From the IMG/VR virus record IMGVR_UViG_3300027987_000368, positions 1-64,000 of that record: a stretch of DNA of 64,000 bases; one strand, 5' to 3'. The stretch's first letter is position 1, and the number at the start of each line of letters is the position of its first letter. The notes beneath the pieces were generated by a model that made no database searches, was not told where the DNA came from, and worked only from the letters and a program-made list of their open reading frames with translations. Both the position numbers and the translations under genes were made by a program. This DNA is from a virus. Positions 27,313 through 37,012 of this stretch are shown here, one piece after another.

Positions 27313-27749
27313 TGCCCCAGCACCTTTCGAAGCGCGACCGACATCCCCTCGGCGCGCGCTCGTTTCGTCGCGGCGAGATCCACCTGTTCTCGTTCCTCAA
27401 GTTCATCGGCGAGAGCGTGAAGTTCGGCATGGCGTTTCACGATCCAGTCAACCGCGGCTTGGTCGAGCGCAGGCATCGAAGGTTGCTCTGCATCCTCGAT
27501 GACCTCGATGACGACGTCGTCGGTATACTGGCGGTAGCACTTGCCGGCCTCCATCCTCTCATCCAGAACCTTGAGGGGACCAACGTGCGGCGCCCAGCAG
27601 ATGCCGTTCTCATCGTAACCGAGCAAGATTCCGTCAGCCTTCATGATGAAGTGGTTCGGGATGGCTCGATGACCAAGCCGGACCTGGCGACCCTCCCACT
27701 GCATGGCCTCGCGTTTGTCGTGGATCGTGACGATCATGCCCGCCTGCAC
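27309..27749 (-). CDS. Hypothetical protein
   Basis: Operon packing. Confidence 0.55.
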   Translation of the reverse strand: MQAGMIVTIHDKREAMQWEGRQVRLGHRAIPNHFIMKADGILLGYDENGICWAPHVGPLKVLDERMEAGKCYRQYTDDVVIEVIEDAEQPSMPALDQAAVDWIVKRHAELHALADELEEREQVDLAATKRARAEGMSVALRKVLGQ

Positions 27750-27773
27750 ATCGGCTGCGGCGGGTGCATTCCA

Positions 27774-28868
27774 TCATGAGCATCCAGCGAAGAGCGGGCC
27801 GTCGCCACCGTCGTCGAGCGCGAGGCAATGCGGCGACGCCCAGATCGTCTCGCCGTCCTTGCGCCACACGTGCTTCGACCAGCCGTGCTTGAGCAGTTCG
27901 TCGTGCTCGTTTCCCTTGCCCGCGAGGGTGATGCGCAGCAGCGGGTTGGCGCCGTGCTCGAGCGCCCAGGCCCTGACCTCGGCGCTGATCGCCGGGTCGT
28001 CGACGCGGTAGAGCCTCGAGCTGCGCAGGCTGTGGCAGTAGGGCGGGTCCAGGCTGACGCCGGTCAGGCCGTGGCTCGTCGTCACCGACACGGTCAGGAC
28101 CCGCCGCCAGTCGCCGCAGATGATCCTGGCCCAGCGGAGCCGCTGCGCGAGCTCGACGAACCAGACGACGAGGGCCTCGCGGTGGGTCCCGCTGTGGATC
28201 CCGTTGCCGTGGGCCGGGTGCCCGGTGTAGCTGCCCGAGATCATGGGCATCTGGCGCGGCGTGACGCCGTGGCCAGCGTGGCTCAGCTGCGGCCGGGTCC
28301 GGTGGGTTGCAGCGCCTCCGCGGCCGGCAACGCCGAGCCCATAGTGGGGACGCTGACCCTGACCTCCGACCCGCGGGATCTTCCGCGTCGTGCGCCTGAC
28401 GACGCCTCGACCTTGGTGCGGCCGGTTGCCCTGACCGCCGAGCGCCGGCCGCTTGCGGCTGGGCTCCCGGCACCAGCCCGAGCCCAGCCACGCCGAGGCG
28501 CCCCAGATCCACCACGCCGCGAGTTCGATGTCGCAGGCCTTGGGGTCGCTGCGCAGCAGGTCCGGCAGCTCATGCGCCCGTGCGACGAGCAGGTCGTGCG
28601 CTGCATGGAGGGTGACCTCGTGCACGGGATGATCGCAGAGCTCCGCGGTATCCTCGGGCGAGTAGGTGATCGCGCGCCAGACGTTGACGATCAGCCCGTC
28701 TGCGTCGTTGATCGTCTCGACCTTCGCGGGGGCGGACCGGCCGAGTAGCTCGCCGAGCATGCCCGCGAAGGGGATCACGAGGTTGTTGATCGGCCCCATG
28801 AGCTGCTCGATCAGCGGGGCCGCCTGCAGCTTGGATCCGTAGTACGGGGCCGGGGCGCGGAGTGTCAA
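27774..28868 (-). CDS. Dam/D12-class adenine methyltransferase with internal repeats
   Basis: PYYGSK, PFAG, ETIND, DPPY; TTG start inferred from stop overlap. Confidence 0.88.
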   Translation of the reverse strand: MTLRAPAPYYGSKLQAAPLIEQLMGPINNLVIPFAGMLGELLGRSAPAKVETINDADGLIVNVWRAITYSPEDTAELCDHPVHEVTLHAAHDLLVARAHELPDLLRSDPKACDIELAAWWIWGASAWLGSGWCREPSRKRPALGGQGNRPHQGRGVVRRTTRKIPRVGGQGQRPHYGLGVAGRGGAATHRTRPQLSHAGHGVTPRQMPMISGSYTGHPAHGNGIHSGTHREALVVWFVELAQRLRWARIICGDWRRVLTVSVTTSHGLTGVSLDPPYCHSLRSSRLYRVDDPAISAEVRAWALEHGANPLLRITLAGKGNEHDELLKHGWSKHVWRKDGETIWASPHCLALDDGGDGPLFAGCS

Positions 28869-29052
28869 AACGGTGGGTCCTCCCACACGCGACCACGGCA
28901 ATCGGTGAACCTTCCATTGCCAATGGCTCGCCGCGTGGAGTGAGCCAGGCGGCAAGTGGGGCACCCGCAGCCGCAGCCAAGTCGAGCAAGCCGTTGCTCG
29001 GTTGCCGTCTTTCGGTCCGCCTCCGACTTGGTCATTTTATCCGCCTCCGACT

Positions 29053-29385
29053 TCATGGCTGCGCCTCGAGTTCGAGCTCGGCTTGCCTGTCGGTTTCCAC
29101 GGCCGCGCGCGCCATCGCGTCGTCGTCGAGCCCGAGCTGATCGAGGTAGCTCGCGCGCCCATGGTGCCAGGCTGCGTGACAGCCGGTGCTCATCGGGACG
29201 ATGTCCGCCGCGCGCCCGCCCGCGCCGCGGCTGACGATGTGGCTCGGCTCCGACCAGCCGCCCGTGCACTCGGGGTGCTTGCCGGCGCAGACGCAGGGCA
29301 TCGCGTTGATGACCAAGATGCGCTCGCGCGAGCCGAAGTCGCGCAGTCGTCGGGCTTGCTGTCGCGGCGCGTTGGGTCGGATCAT
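29053..29385 (-). CDS. DUF968/Ref-like HNH-type protein
   Basis: PCVC...SHIVSRGAGG...IVPMSTGCHAAWH. Confidence 0.65.
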   Translation of the reverse strand: MIRPNAPRQQARRLRDFGSRERILVINAMPCVCAGKHPECTGGWSEPSHIVSRGAGGRAADIVPMSTGCHAAWHHGRASYLDQLGLDDDAMARAAVETDRQAELELEAQP

Positions 29386-29799
29386 CCCATCCTCCGCGTG
29401 TAGGGCTTGGACGCTGGGCGGCGGCTTGGTGGATCTTCGTACTTCGCGTACTCCGCCAACAGCATCCCGATCTCATCGCAGCCGGGTGGAGGACGAAGGC
29501 GATTGAGGTTCACGGCCTCACCTCGCTCGGATCGCCGCGCTTCCACGCCGCCGCACACTTGTCGCAGACGCACCGCACGGTGTTGGCATCGCACCACGCG
29601 AGCGCATCGTAGCGATCTTGATCGTGGGTGCCGGCGTGCTGCTGGCGGAACACGTGAGTGCCCGCCGAGATCATCGCTCGACCAGACTCGACCAGCTCGG
29701 CGCGCAGGCGCTTCACCTCGCGCGCGAGCACCTGCTCGCCAGCGCTGACTGGCGCGCGCACCAGGATGTCCAGCGTCGAGCCGGCGGACGCCTCGCTGC

Positions 29800-30303
29800 T
29801 CATGACCGCGCCGCCATCCCGGCGAGGATCACCCACTGGTCGATGCCCGTGGCGTCGTGGGCAAACTCGATCAACTTGGCGACGCTCCACGCGTCGTCGG
29901 TATCGGTGGAGACGAACGCCATCTCTTCGTCGCCCTCAGCCACCCAGGCCGTGTAGTCGTCCCCCGATCGTGACGTCAGGTTTGAGTCGGGCATCCCCGC
30001 TCGCTCGCGCATCCAGGCGAGCGCGCCTTGAGCGGTCACGCCCGCCTCGCGCACCTCGGCGCCGCCCGGCATCACGCGGGACTTCCAGCGCCGGATCTCC
30101 GCCTTCGCCTCCGCGAGCTGCTTCTCCGCCGCACCGATCTCGCTGGCTCGGTCGAGGCGCGCCTCCGATGCCGCCCGTTGGAGTGCGAGGATGCATTCAC
30201 GCGGATCGAAGTGCTCTTGCACCTTCGCTTCGCTGGTCCCGGGCGCTGATCGCCAGACCCGTTCACCATCGAGAATCAAACACTGGCAGCGACCGCACAA
30301 CAT
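29800..30303 (-). CDS. Hypothetical protein
   Basis: Zn-finger N-terminus, coiled coil, C-terminus similar to that of 38636..39379. Confidence 0.6.
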   Translation of the reverse strand: MLCGRCQCLILDGERVWRSAPGTSEAKVQEHFDPRECILALQRAASEARLDRASEIGAAEKQLAEAKAEIRRWKSRVMPGGAEVREAGVTAQGALAWMRERAGMPDSNLTSRSGDDYTAWVAEGDEEMAFVSTDTDDAWSVAKLIEFAHDATGIDQWVILAGMAARS

Positions 30304-30408
30304 CAGTCCGCCTCCGCAAGCTTGGTCAGCATGCCATCGGCGACCGAGCACCAAGCTGTGTCATTCCATGGCCGCCGCGAACAGCTCACGCGGCGATCCG
30401 TGCGGGGC

Positions 30409-31254
30409 TCAGAGCATACGCTCGAGGCGGAACTGCATCATAAATTGTACGTCGATGTTGTTGGACCCGACCTTGACGATCCCTTGCACGTCGGTTCGCT
30501 CAACGATCCTCGTCACGGCCGCGTCCGAATCGAACAGCGCGGTGGTGTTCTCGACCGAGCTGACAGGCAAGATGGACCACGCCGTCCCAAGCCCAAAGTT
30601 TGTGCCGATAAAGGCTGTGCCTCGGCCGAGTGCAGATCCGAACGGCGCGTAGGTGAGCTTCGCAGCATGCCCACGTGGACAGTGGAACGAGGCCGATCGC
30701 GAGCGCCCTGCCCCGATCGGGATCCGATCGAATACCTTCCCACCGCCATCGCGGACGTCGACGTTCCCCAGATTGTTCGTGCTAGGCGCATCTTCGGTCG
30801 CGCCAAGCGAGGTCACGACTGACGCATCTTGGACACGAAACACCGATGCTGGAACCGACGAACCGCTCGGTGGGGTCGGTGGGGTCGGTGGCCTGTTTGC
30901 CCGGCCAAGAATTCCGTCGGTCGGCTTGTAGGTCACGGCCACGTTGGACAGCCCATTCATGACAAGCAGGTCGGAATTACGCCAATCTCCTAGTTCATCG
31001 ATGAACGTGACCAATACGAGCTGAGCACCGCTGACTCCGAACGTGTCGCCTGCGCTCGAGGAGACGACGAACATTGGCTTGGGAGCGAGAGGCAAGGGAC
31101 GTTTGGTAGCGACTCCGGCCCACACATCAGCGGTGGTGTTGTTCGGGATGGCGAGGCGTTCGCCAAACGCCGGATGCGATCCCTCGTTGCGAGCCAGGCT
31201 CGTCCTCAGAGTATCGATCTGAGGTGGGCTCAGGAGTCCGCCTGACGGGATCAT
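30409..31254 (-). CDS. Beta-rich, probably virion-associated protein
   Basis: VVSSSAGDT..SGAQLVLVTFID...NG pattern recalled from phage structural proteins; appears lower in GC. Confidence 0.55.
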   Translation of the reverse strand: MIPSGGLLSPPQIDTLRTSLARNEGSHPAFGERLAIPNNTTADVWAGVATKRPLPLAPKPMFVVSSSAGDTFGVSGAQLVLVTFIDELGDWRNSDLLVMNGLSNVAVTYKPTDGILGRANRPPTPPTPPSGSSVPASVFRVQDASVVTSLGATEDAPSTNNLGNVDVRDGGGKVFDRIPIGAGRSRSASFHCPRGHAAKLTYAPFGSALGRGTAFIGTNFGLGTAWSILPVSSVENTTALFDSDAAVTRIVERTDVQGIVKVGSNNIDVQFMMQFRLERML

Positions 31255-31664
31255 AGCAGCCGAGCTCCCGACAAGATGTACACCCAGAGCGCAGGCAGCA
31301 CGCCGACGTTGGCGAGATTTTCGATGTTCAGCCACGCTGTAGACCCGGGGGTGAGGCCTTGAGCGGTCACCGAGATCCTGGCGCTGAGGCTCACGCTCAC
31401 CCTCTCCTCGATGTCCAGCCCCCGGACGATAGCGCCGTCGATCTCGGTGGCGACCCACGCGTTGATGGCCAGCGATCCGACGTCTTGGCCCGCCGCGTCC
31501 ACCTGGGTCCCAGCCTTGCCGACGAAGGCGAACGAGACTTCCGGCCTCAAGATTCGCATCGGTCGAACCGTGTCGGGGATCGGATTCGCTGGGTCGGTCC
31601 AGTTCTGATCGCGAACGAACCCCGTGGTGAGGTTGATCCGGCGAATGAGCGTCGAACTCGCCAT
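31251..31664 (-). CDS. Hypothetical beta-rich protein
   Basis: ATGA-coupled to 30409..31254. Confidence 0.6.
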   Translation of the reverse strand: MASSTLIRRINLTTGFVRDQNWTDPANPIPDTVRPMRILRPEVSFAFVGKAGTQVDAAGQDVGSLAINAWVATEIDGAIVRGLDIEERVSVSLSARISVTAQGLTPGSTAWLNIENLANVGVLPALWVYILSGARLL

Positions 31665-31804
31665 GAGCCCACTCTAGCAGACCAGTCACATGAACTCGCA
31701 AAAGCGAGCCAGCGAGCCAGCAGCTGGCTATTGATGAGTTTCCTGAGCCGCTGGTCGCGCGCGGCGCCCTGCGACGCCGCGGTGACAACGAAGCTCAACG
31801 TGGG

Positions 31805-32125
31805 CTACTCGGTCCACTCGGCGAGCCCACGGATGAGCTCGCCGAGATGGGCGAGGCCGATGGTGTTGTGCTTGCTCGGGACTCCCTCGCAGCGAGCGAG
31901 GCTCTCCAGGATCTCTGCGACCTCGAGCAACTCGCCGCCATCTGGGGTCAGCGCTGGCGTGATTCCGCCCTTGACGAGTTGGCGCTCGAGCGCGCGCACC
32001 CGCAGAGATTGACCGCGGATCAGGGCGCTGAGCTCGACGATGGGGTCTATGGCCGCGGGCGCGCGGTAGGGGCCCGTCGTGGTCGAGGCGGCTGGTCGCC
32101 GTCGAAGTCGGTCCAGTAGCCCCAT
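31805..32125 (-). CDS. Hypothetical protein
   Basis: ORF. Confidence 0.5.
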   Translation of the reverse strand: MGLLDRLRRRPAASTTTGPYRAPAAIDPIVELSALIRGQSLRVRALERQLVKGGITPALTPDGGELLEVAEILESLARCEGVPSKHNTIGLAHLGELIRGLAEWTE

Positions 32126-32269
32126 TACCTCGCCGCGCGGGCCGGATCGGCGCGGACGTCCTCGGCGTCGCGCTCGTAGTCATCCCAGTCGAGCGTGCTC
32201 ATGCCCACACTACGAAGAGCCCGACCAGCACACCGACCGCAGCTCCGATGATGGCGCTCCCGACGTACT

Positions 32270-32581
32270 TCACGAACCGGCCTCGCGCCGGGTCTCGCTG
32301 AGCACCCAAAAGTACAGAGGCGCCCGCGACGGGGCCGACTCGATCAGCTCCGCCCGGACAAATCGGCCAACGATCGGCGTCGCAGTCGAGCACCGAACCT
32401 CGGTTCCAGTCGGGGGCGGATCGCCAATGTTGGCGAAGAGCAGCGGGGCGCCGTCCAACAGGAGCACGTTGGCGTTGGCGTCCTTGATCACGATGGTCTT
32501 GCCCGCGCTCGTGAGCACCCCGATCCCGCCAGCCTTGAGCCAGTCGGGGCCCGCGAGTTGGAGCGTGACGGCGTCATTCAT
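32270..32581 (-). CDS. Hypothetical protein
   Basis: ORF. Confidence 0.55.
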   Translation of the reverse strand: MNDAVTLQLAGPDWLKAGGIGVLTSAGKTIVIKDANANVLLLDGAPLLFANIGDPPPTGTEVRCSTATPIVGRFVRAELIESAPSRAPLYFWVLSETRREAGS

Positions 32582-32815
32582 GGTGATGTCCTCTCCAGCT
32601 GCGAAGCCGGGCCTGTGCTCCCGTGGGCCTTGACCAGCGCGCGCTGGTCCTCGGCGCCCAGCTCCTCGAGCAGGCGCAGGGCCCAGCGAAGGGCGCTCGC
32701 CTCTGCGCGGTCGTGGTCGCCGTCACGATCCGCGATCCATGCGAGCCGCCTGCGCAGTCGGTTCATCCGCGCGCGACCCTTGCTAGAGCTCGGGCTTGCT
32801 GGGTCGTCTCGCCGG

Positions 32816-34447
32816 TCAGGCATCCTGTTCCTCGATGATCGGAAGCCCACACTCCTTGAGCGTGAGCCTGTGGAATTCTTCCGTGGTGTATCGCCGCCAG
32901 CCGGTGTCGTGAAACAGCCAGACGCCCGCGACCCGGCGCTCGCGGGCAATGCTGCGCGAGCACTGCCAGCAGGATGGACCGCCCGACACGGCGAGCTGGC
33001 CGTCGGCGGTCTTGACATGCAGGAGCTCGAGCTGGTCGAGGTAGTGCGCGGTCATGTCCCGGAGCGCCTCCATCTCGGCGTGCTCGCAGAGCTTGGCGCA
33101 GTTGGCCATGCACGCGGGTGATCCGTCACAACCAAGGGGGCGAGGCGGGGAGTTGTGCCCGCCGCTGATGAGCTGCGGCGTGTTGTCCGGCCGGTAGATG
33201 GCTGGCTTGTAGATGACCACTCCGCGCTTGCTTTTGCAGCACGGCGATGTGTTGGCCAGCCGGACGGCGCGATCAATAGCGAATTGTGGCGGGTTCATTT
33301 CGGTCCTTGGCTGTGAATGTAGTTGATCGATGGTGAACGAATGGCCCCCGGTTCGCGTTGGGGCTTGGTCACCGAGGAGCTCGGCTTCGCAGCGTTCGGT
33401 CGCGGCGGCGTAGAGCTCCCGAGCGTGCGCCTGCTCTGGGTACATCTCGACGAGCTCGGCCGCTTGCTCTGCGTGCTTGGAGATCATGTCCTCGCGCGTC
33501 ATCCCGATCGACCGCAGAGCGGAGCCGCGATTCAGCAGGTGCGTCAGCCTCGGGCAGATCTTGTCGATGTACCTGACCCAGCGTGCCTCGGGCGTCGATT
33601 GGCGCTCGTAGTCTTCGATCAGCTCGACGATCCGCGGAAGCCCGAGCGCGCGCAGCTGCTCGAGCGCGGCCTGCTCGCGCGCCGCCTTGTGCTCCCGCTC
33701 CCCGTCCGTCAGCCCCCAGGCCGTGCACGTGTCCTTGGCGTAGGTCTCGACCAGGTCGTGGACGAGCACCGCGCCAAGCAGCTGCGCCCGCCGGAGCTCG
33801 CTCGGAGCGAGTTCGATGGCGAGCAGCCCGAGCATCACCGTGTGTGTCGTGTCGCTCTCGGGCTGGCCGTCGGGGTGCTCGGTCGTGCGCAGGACCTGTC
33901 CGAACTGCATCGCCACCTCCGCGAGCTTGAGCGCCTGCTCGAGCTGGTGATCGGCCAGCTGCCCGTCGAGGTCGGCGTCGCGCTTGGCGAGTTCCGCAAC
34001 GCTGGGGAAGTCGGATGTGTTGATGCCCAGCCGCGCGATGGCTTCGCGCGCGCGCTCGTTCGGCGTCGCCAGCTTCGCCGCCTCAAGCCCGATCAGATCG
34101 GCAAGGGCGACGTCACTCAGCAGCGTCAACCGCCCGGGTTCCCCGACTAGCCTGACCCCGACGATCGCGGGTGGATCCCCATCGAGGCGCCTGAGCACCG
34201 GGTACCACCACGACTCGCGGCCCTCGTTCGTGAGCTGCACCAACCAGCCGTCGACGGTTGGAACCCCGCGGGCGAAGTGATGACCAGGCGGATCCCCGGC
34301 ATCGAGCTCCCCGGAGAACACCAGTTCGACCTCGGCGCCAGCCATCTCGGCGGATTCGAGCTGGCGCAGGAACTCGGCTCGCACGTGGGTGAGCATGGCG
34401 GATTGACCAAGCTCACCCACGTGCGGACCAGACTTATCAGTCTTCAT
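32816..34447 (-). CDS. HD-domain (YfbR-like) phosphohydrolase fused to a dCMP-deaminase-like domain
   Basis: ESDTTH, VHDLVE, PEARWVRYIDK; SPC..KRGVVI, GHN, HAE, SCWQC. Confidence 0.85.
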   Translation of the reverse strand: MKTDKSGPHVGELGQSAMLTHVRAEFLRQLESAEMAGAEVELVFSGELDAGDPPGHHFARGVPTVDGWLVQLTNEGRESWWYPVLRRLDGDPPAIVGVRLVGEPGRLTLLSDVALADLIGLEAAKLATPNERAREAIARLGINTSDFPSVAELAKRDADLDGQLADHQLEQALKLAEVAMQFGQVLRTTEHPDGQPESDTTHTVMLGLLAIELAPSELRRAQLLGAVLVHDLVETYAKDTCTAWGLTDGEREHKAAREQAALEQLRALGLPRIVELIEDYERQSTPEARWVRYIDKICPRLTHLLNRGSALRSIGMTREDMISKHAEQAAELVEMYPEQAHARELYAAATERCEAELLGDQAPTRTGGHSFTIDQLHSQPRTEMNPPQFAIDRAVRLANTSPCCKSKRGVVIYKPAIYRPDNTPQLISGGHNSPPRPLGCDGSPACMANCAKLCEHAEMEALRDMTAHYLDQLELLHVKTADGQLAVSGGPSCWQCSRSIARERRVAGVWLFHDTGWRRYTTEEFHRLTLKECGLPIIEEQDA

Positions 34448-34935
34448 CGGGTCACCGTCGCCGCCGGCAAGGCCAGGATCCCGCCCACTGAGTAGTCGGC
34501 CTCGGCGAAGTCGGCGATGTTCGGCACGATCCGCTCGGCGAAGGTCTGCTGTCCGCTCTCGATCGCTGGCAACCAGACATCGATCGGAGACTCCAGGCCG
34601 CTCTCGATCACCTCGAGCTTCGACTTCACCGCCCAATAGAGCGTCCGATGCAGCCGCATCGCCTGCTTTTTCCAGTGCTTGTCGGCTGCGTCGCCCCTCA
34701 ACCCACGCTGGAGCGGGTCTCCCTGTCGTGGCGGATCGACAACCAACCGCACCATCATGGTGATGCCGGCGTGGATGAACTGGAAGCGAAGTATCGAGCG
34801 ATGCGGTGGCGTCGTGGTCCACTGGACCGCCGTCACTCCGTGTTGCTCGAGCAGCTTCGAGATGTCGGTGCGCGACTTATCAACGCCGACCTTCGTGTCG
34901 GCGTACGGCTTTGGCCTGCTCTTGGGCTTGGTCAT
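34444..34935 (-). CDS. Conserved-looking phage protein
   Basis: YADTKVGVDKSRTDISKLLEQHG...RTLYWAVKSKLE. Confidence 0.65.
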   Translation of the reverse strand: MTKPKSRPKPYADTKVGVDKSRTDISKLLEQHGVTAVQWTTTPPHRSILRFQFIHAGITMMVRLVVDPPRQGDPLQRGLRGDAADKHWKKQAMRLHRTLYWAVKSKLEVIESGLESPIDVWLPAIESGQQTFAERIVPNIADFAEADYSVGGILALPAATVTR

Positions 34936-35008
34936 GACAGCCCAAGCATCGCAATCGTCGAGAGATTCCCGCCTCGATCCACGCAAGACCAACTCCGCAT
35001 ATGAAAGA

Positions 35009-35045
35009 AGCGCCGGCTGCCTACGATCGATCGGCAGCCGGCGCT
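35009..35045 (-). terminator. Intrinsic terminator downstream of the tRNA
   Basis: AGCGCCGGCTGCC...GGCAGCCGGCGCT followed by TCTTT on the minus strand. Confidence 0.7.
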
Positions 35046-35060
35046 CTAGGTTGTTGGTGT

Positions 35061-35134
<74 letters not shown>

Positions 35135-35400
35135 GCTCTGGTCTACCGCCGTGGACGACCACCGTCAAGGTTCCGCGGGGCGACCGCGTCGGAGAACCAG
35201 GCGCTGGCGCTGCACGACGCTGCTGCGTCTGGGCCGGCATCGCGACAAGTTCGGCACACGTGCCTGCGGACCAGTACAGAACCCACTTTTTTGACCTTGA
35301 CCTCGTGGTCCAGCACGAGGTCGCTGCTGCATTTGATCGTGGCCATCGACCCGCCCAAAGCCATCCGCCGGTCGGGTATTCCACCCGCTCGGAGCCGCGG

Positions 35401-36171
35401 TCACTTCCGCCTTCGTCGGAGCCAGCGCCACGCCTTGATCACGACCTCGACGTGGCAGTGAGCTGGCCAGCACGAGCAGACGGCGTAGTGGGCCGGCGTC
35501 AGCTGCTCGAGGTAGTCGACGACCGCGCGGTCGAAGTCAGGCCCCGCGGTGATCTTGCCACGCAGCCACGCCCGGTACGAAGCGAGCGACGCTACGACGG
35601 CGTCAGCTCGAGACTCGTCGGGGCCGGGCTTGAACTTGAACGGGTTCCCCGCGGGCGACGGCCGGCCGCAGTAGAGCGCGGGTCCCGGCGGGGTGCCGTG
35701 GTGCGAATTCCACGGGCGCGGCTCGGCGACGGCCCAGATGTGGTGCACGACCAGCCCGGCCTCGTAGCCAGCGACGCGGCAGTCAAGCGTGCCCGCGCCG
35801 CCCTCGAACGCGATCACCACGTCGGCGCGCGGGTCCGGGACCAGTTGCCCTGGCCGGCGACCCGAGATCATGTCTCGGTTGCGGATCGGACCAGCAGGGC
35901 GCCCGTGCCGTTTCCAGTCGGCCGGCCACGATTCGACATCCCAGCCGCGCGCTCGGAGGTAGCCCGCAACGAGCGTGTCGGTGCTGCCGACGAGTTCGCC
36001 GCGGGCGTTCTTCTTGGGCGGGCAGGCTCCATGCCGGACCACGCGGGCGCCGATGCCAGCAAGGAGTACCTCGAGCTGCTCGAGCTCCGCCAGCGTGGGG
36101 GTCCGGTCCCTACCGCCAGTGATGACCGCGACCTCGCGTCGATCCTGTGGTTGTGAGTCCGACGGATTCAC
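35401..36171 (-). CDS. SLOG (DUF2493/YspA-like) + DUF4326 fusion
   Basis: ITGGRD, HGA, PADWKRHG..AGPIRN..M, AFEGGAGT; GRPS..GNPF, CSCWP..CH. Confidence 0.85.
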   Translation of the reverse strand: MNPSDSQPQDRREVAVITGGRDRTPTLAELEQLEVLLAGIGARVVRHGACPPKKNARGELVGSTDTLVAGYLRARGWDVESWPADWKRHGRPAGPIRNRDMISGRRPGQLVPDPRADVVIAFEGGAGTLDCRVAGYEAGLVVHHIWAVAEPRPWNSHHGTPPGPALYCGRPSPAGNPFKFKPGPDESRADAVVASLASYRAWLRGKITAGPDFDRAVVDYLEQLTPAHYAVCSCWPAHCHVEVVIKAWRWLRRRRK

Positions 36172-36724
36172 TTGATGCTCTTCCGCCTGTACGCCCACCA
36201 AGTGCGTGCCTTCTGCTCTGCATGAGCGTACGACCTCGCTGCAAAGAACCGCGTTGACTCGAGCCTCGTAGCCGTATCCACAAGGATCACGGGGTAAGGG
36301 TCCTCCCCGTCTCGGCATGTCTCAGAAGCCAGCTGGTGACTTCGGTGGAGCATCTTGCGAGGCGACATCAACAGGACTACCTCTGTGGCTCAGGCTCCAT
36401 TCCTGGTGCGACCTGTCGCACTTGGCTACTCCTGAGTTTCGGCCTCGGCCACCGCGAGCGCGAGCTTCTTCAGCTTGCGCTCGATCTTCCCAGCCGTGGC
36501 GAGATCCGTCCTCACGACGGCCTTGACCGCGCTGCCTTCTTCTTCGGTCAGCGGAACCAGGTCGATCTGGCTCGGTTCGATGTTGAGCACCTTGGCGAGA
36601 GCCCTGGTGACGTTGGCGTGGTCGATGTCGTAGGTGACGTTATCCATCGATTCACCAACCGGCGGATGTCCTTGGCATTCCAGGCGAGGTGAAATAGCTG
36701 AGCGTCGGTTGCGGTCATGCGGAC

Positions 36725-36982
36725 ATGAGCGACGAGCTGACCAACACGAAGCGCGCCGAGGACATGATCGACACCTTGTCGATGGAGCTGGCATCCAGCG
36801 ATGACTTCGAGGGTGAACTCGAAGATGCCTACTACGCTGCGGGTGCTCACTTGCTTGCGGGTGCCTTGCTGCGCATCGCCGCGCTGACGACCGAGCTGAA
36901 GCTCGAGCAGCAGAATCACCGCGCCGAGATCGACCGCATCATCCAGACCGAATCTGCGTGCAGGACCGACCCCAAGGGATGA
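36725..36982 (+). CDS. Hypothetical protein
   Basis: Helical acidic ORF. Confidence 0.55.
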   Translation: MSDELTNTKRAEDMIDTLSMELASSDDFEGELEDAYYAAGAHLLAGALLRIAALTTELKLEQQNHRAEIDRIIQTESACRTDPKG

Positions 36983-37012
36983 CCCAGCTCGAGCTCAGCC
37001 TGACCCTCGATG

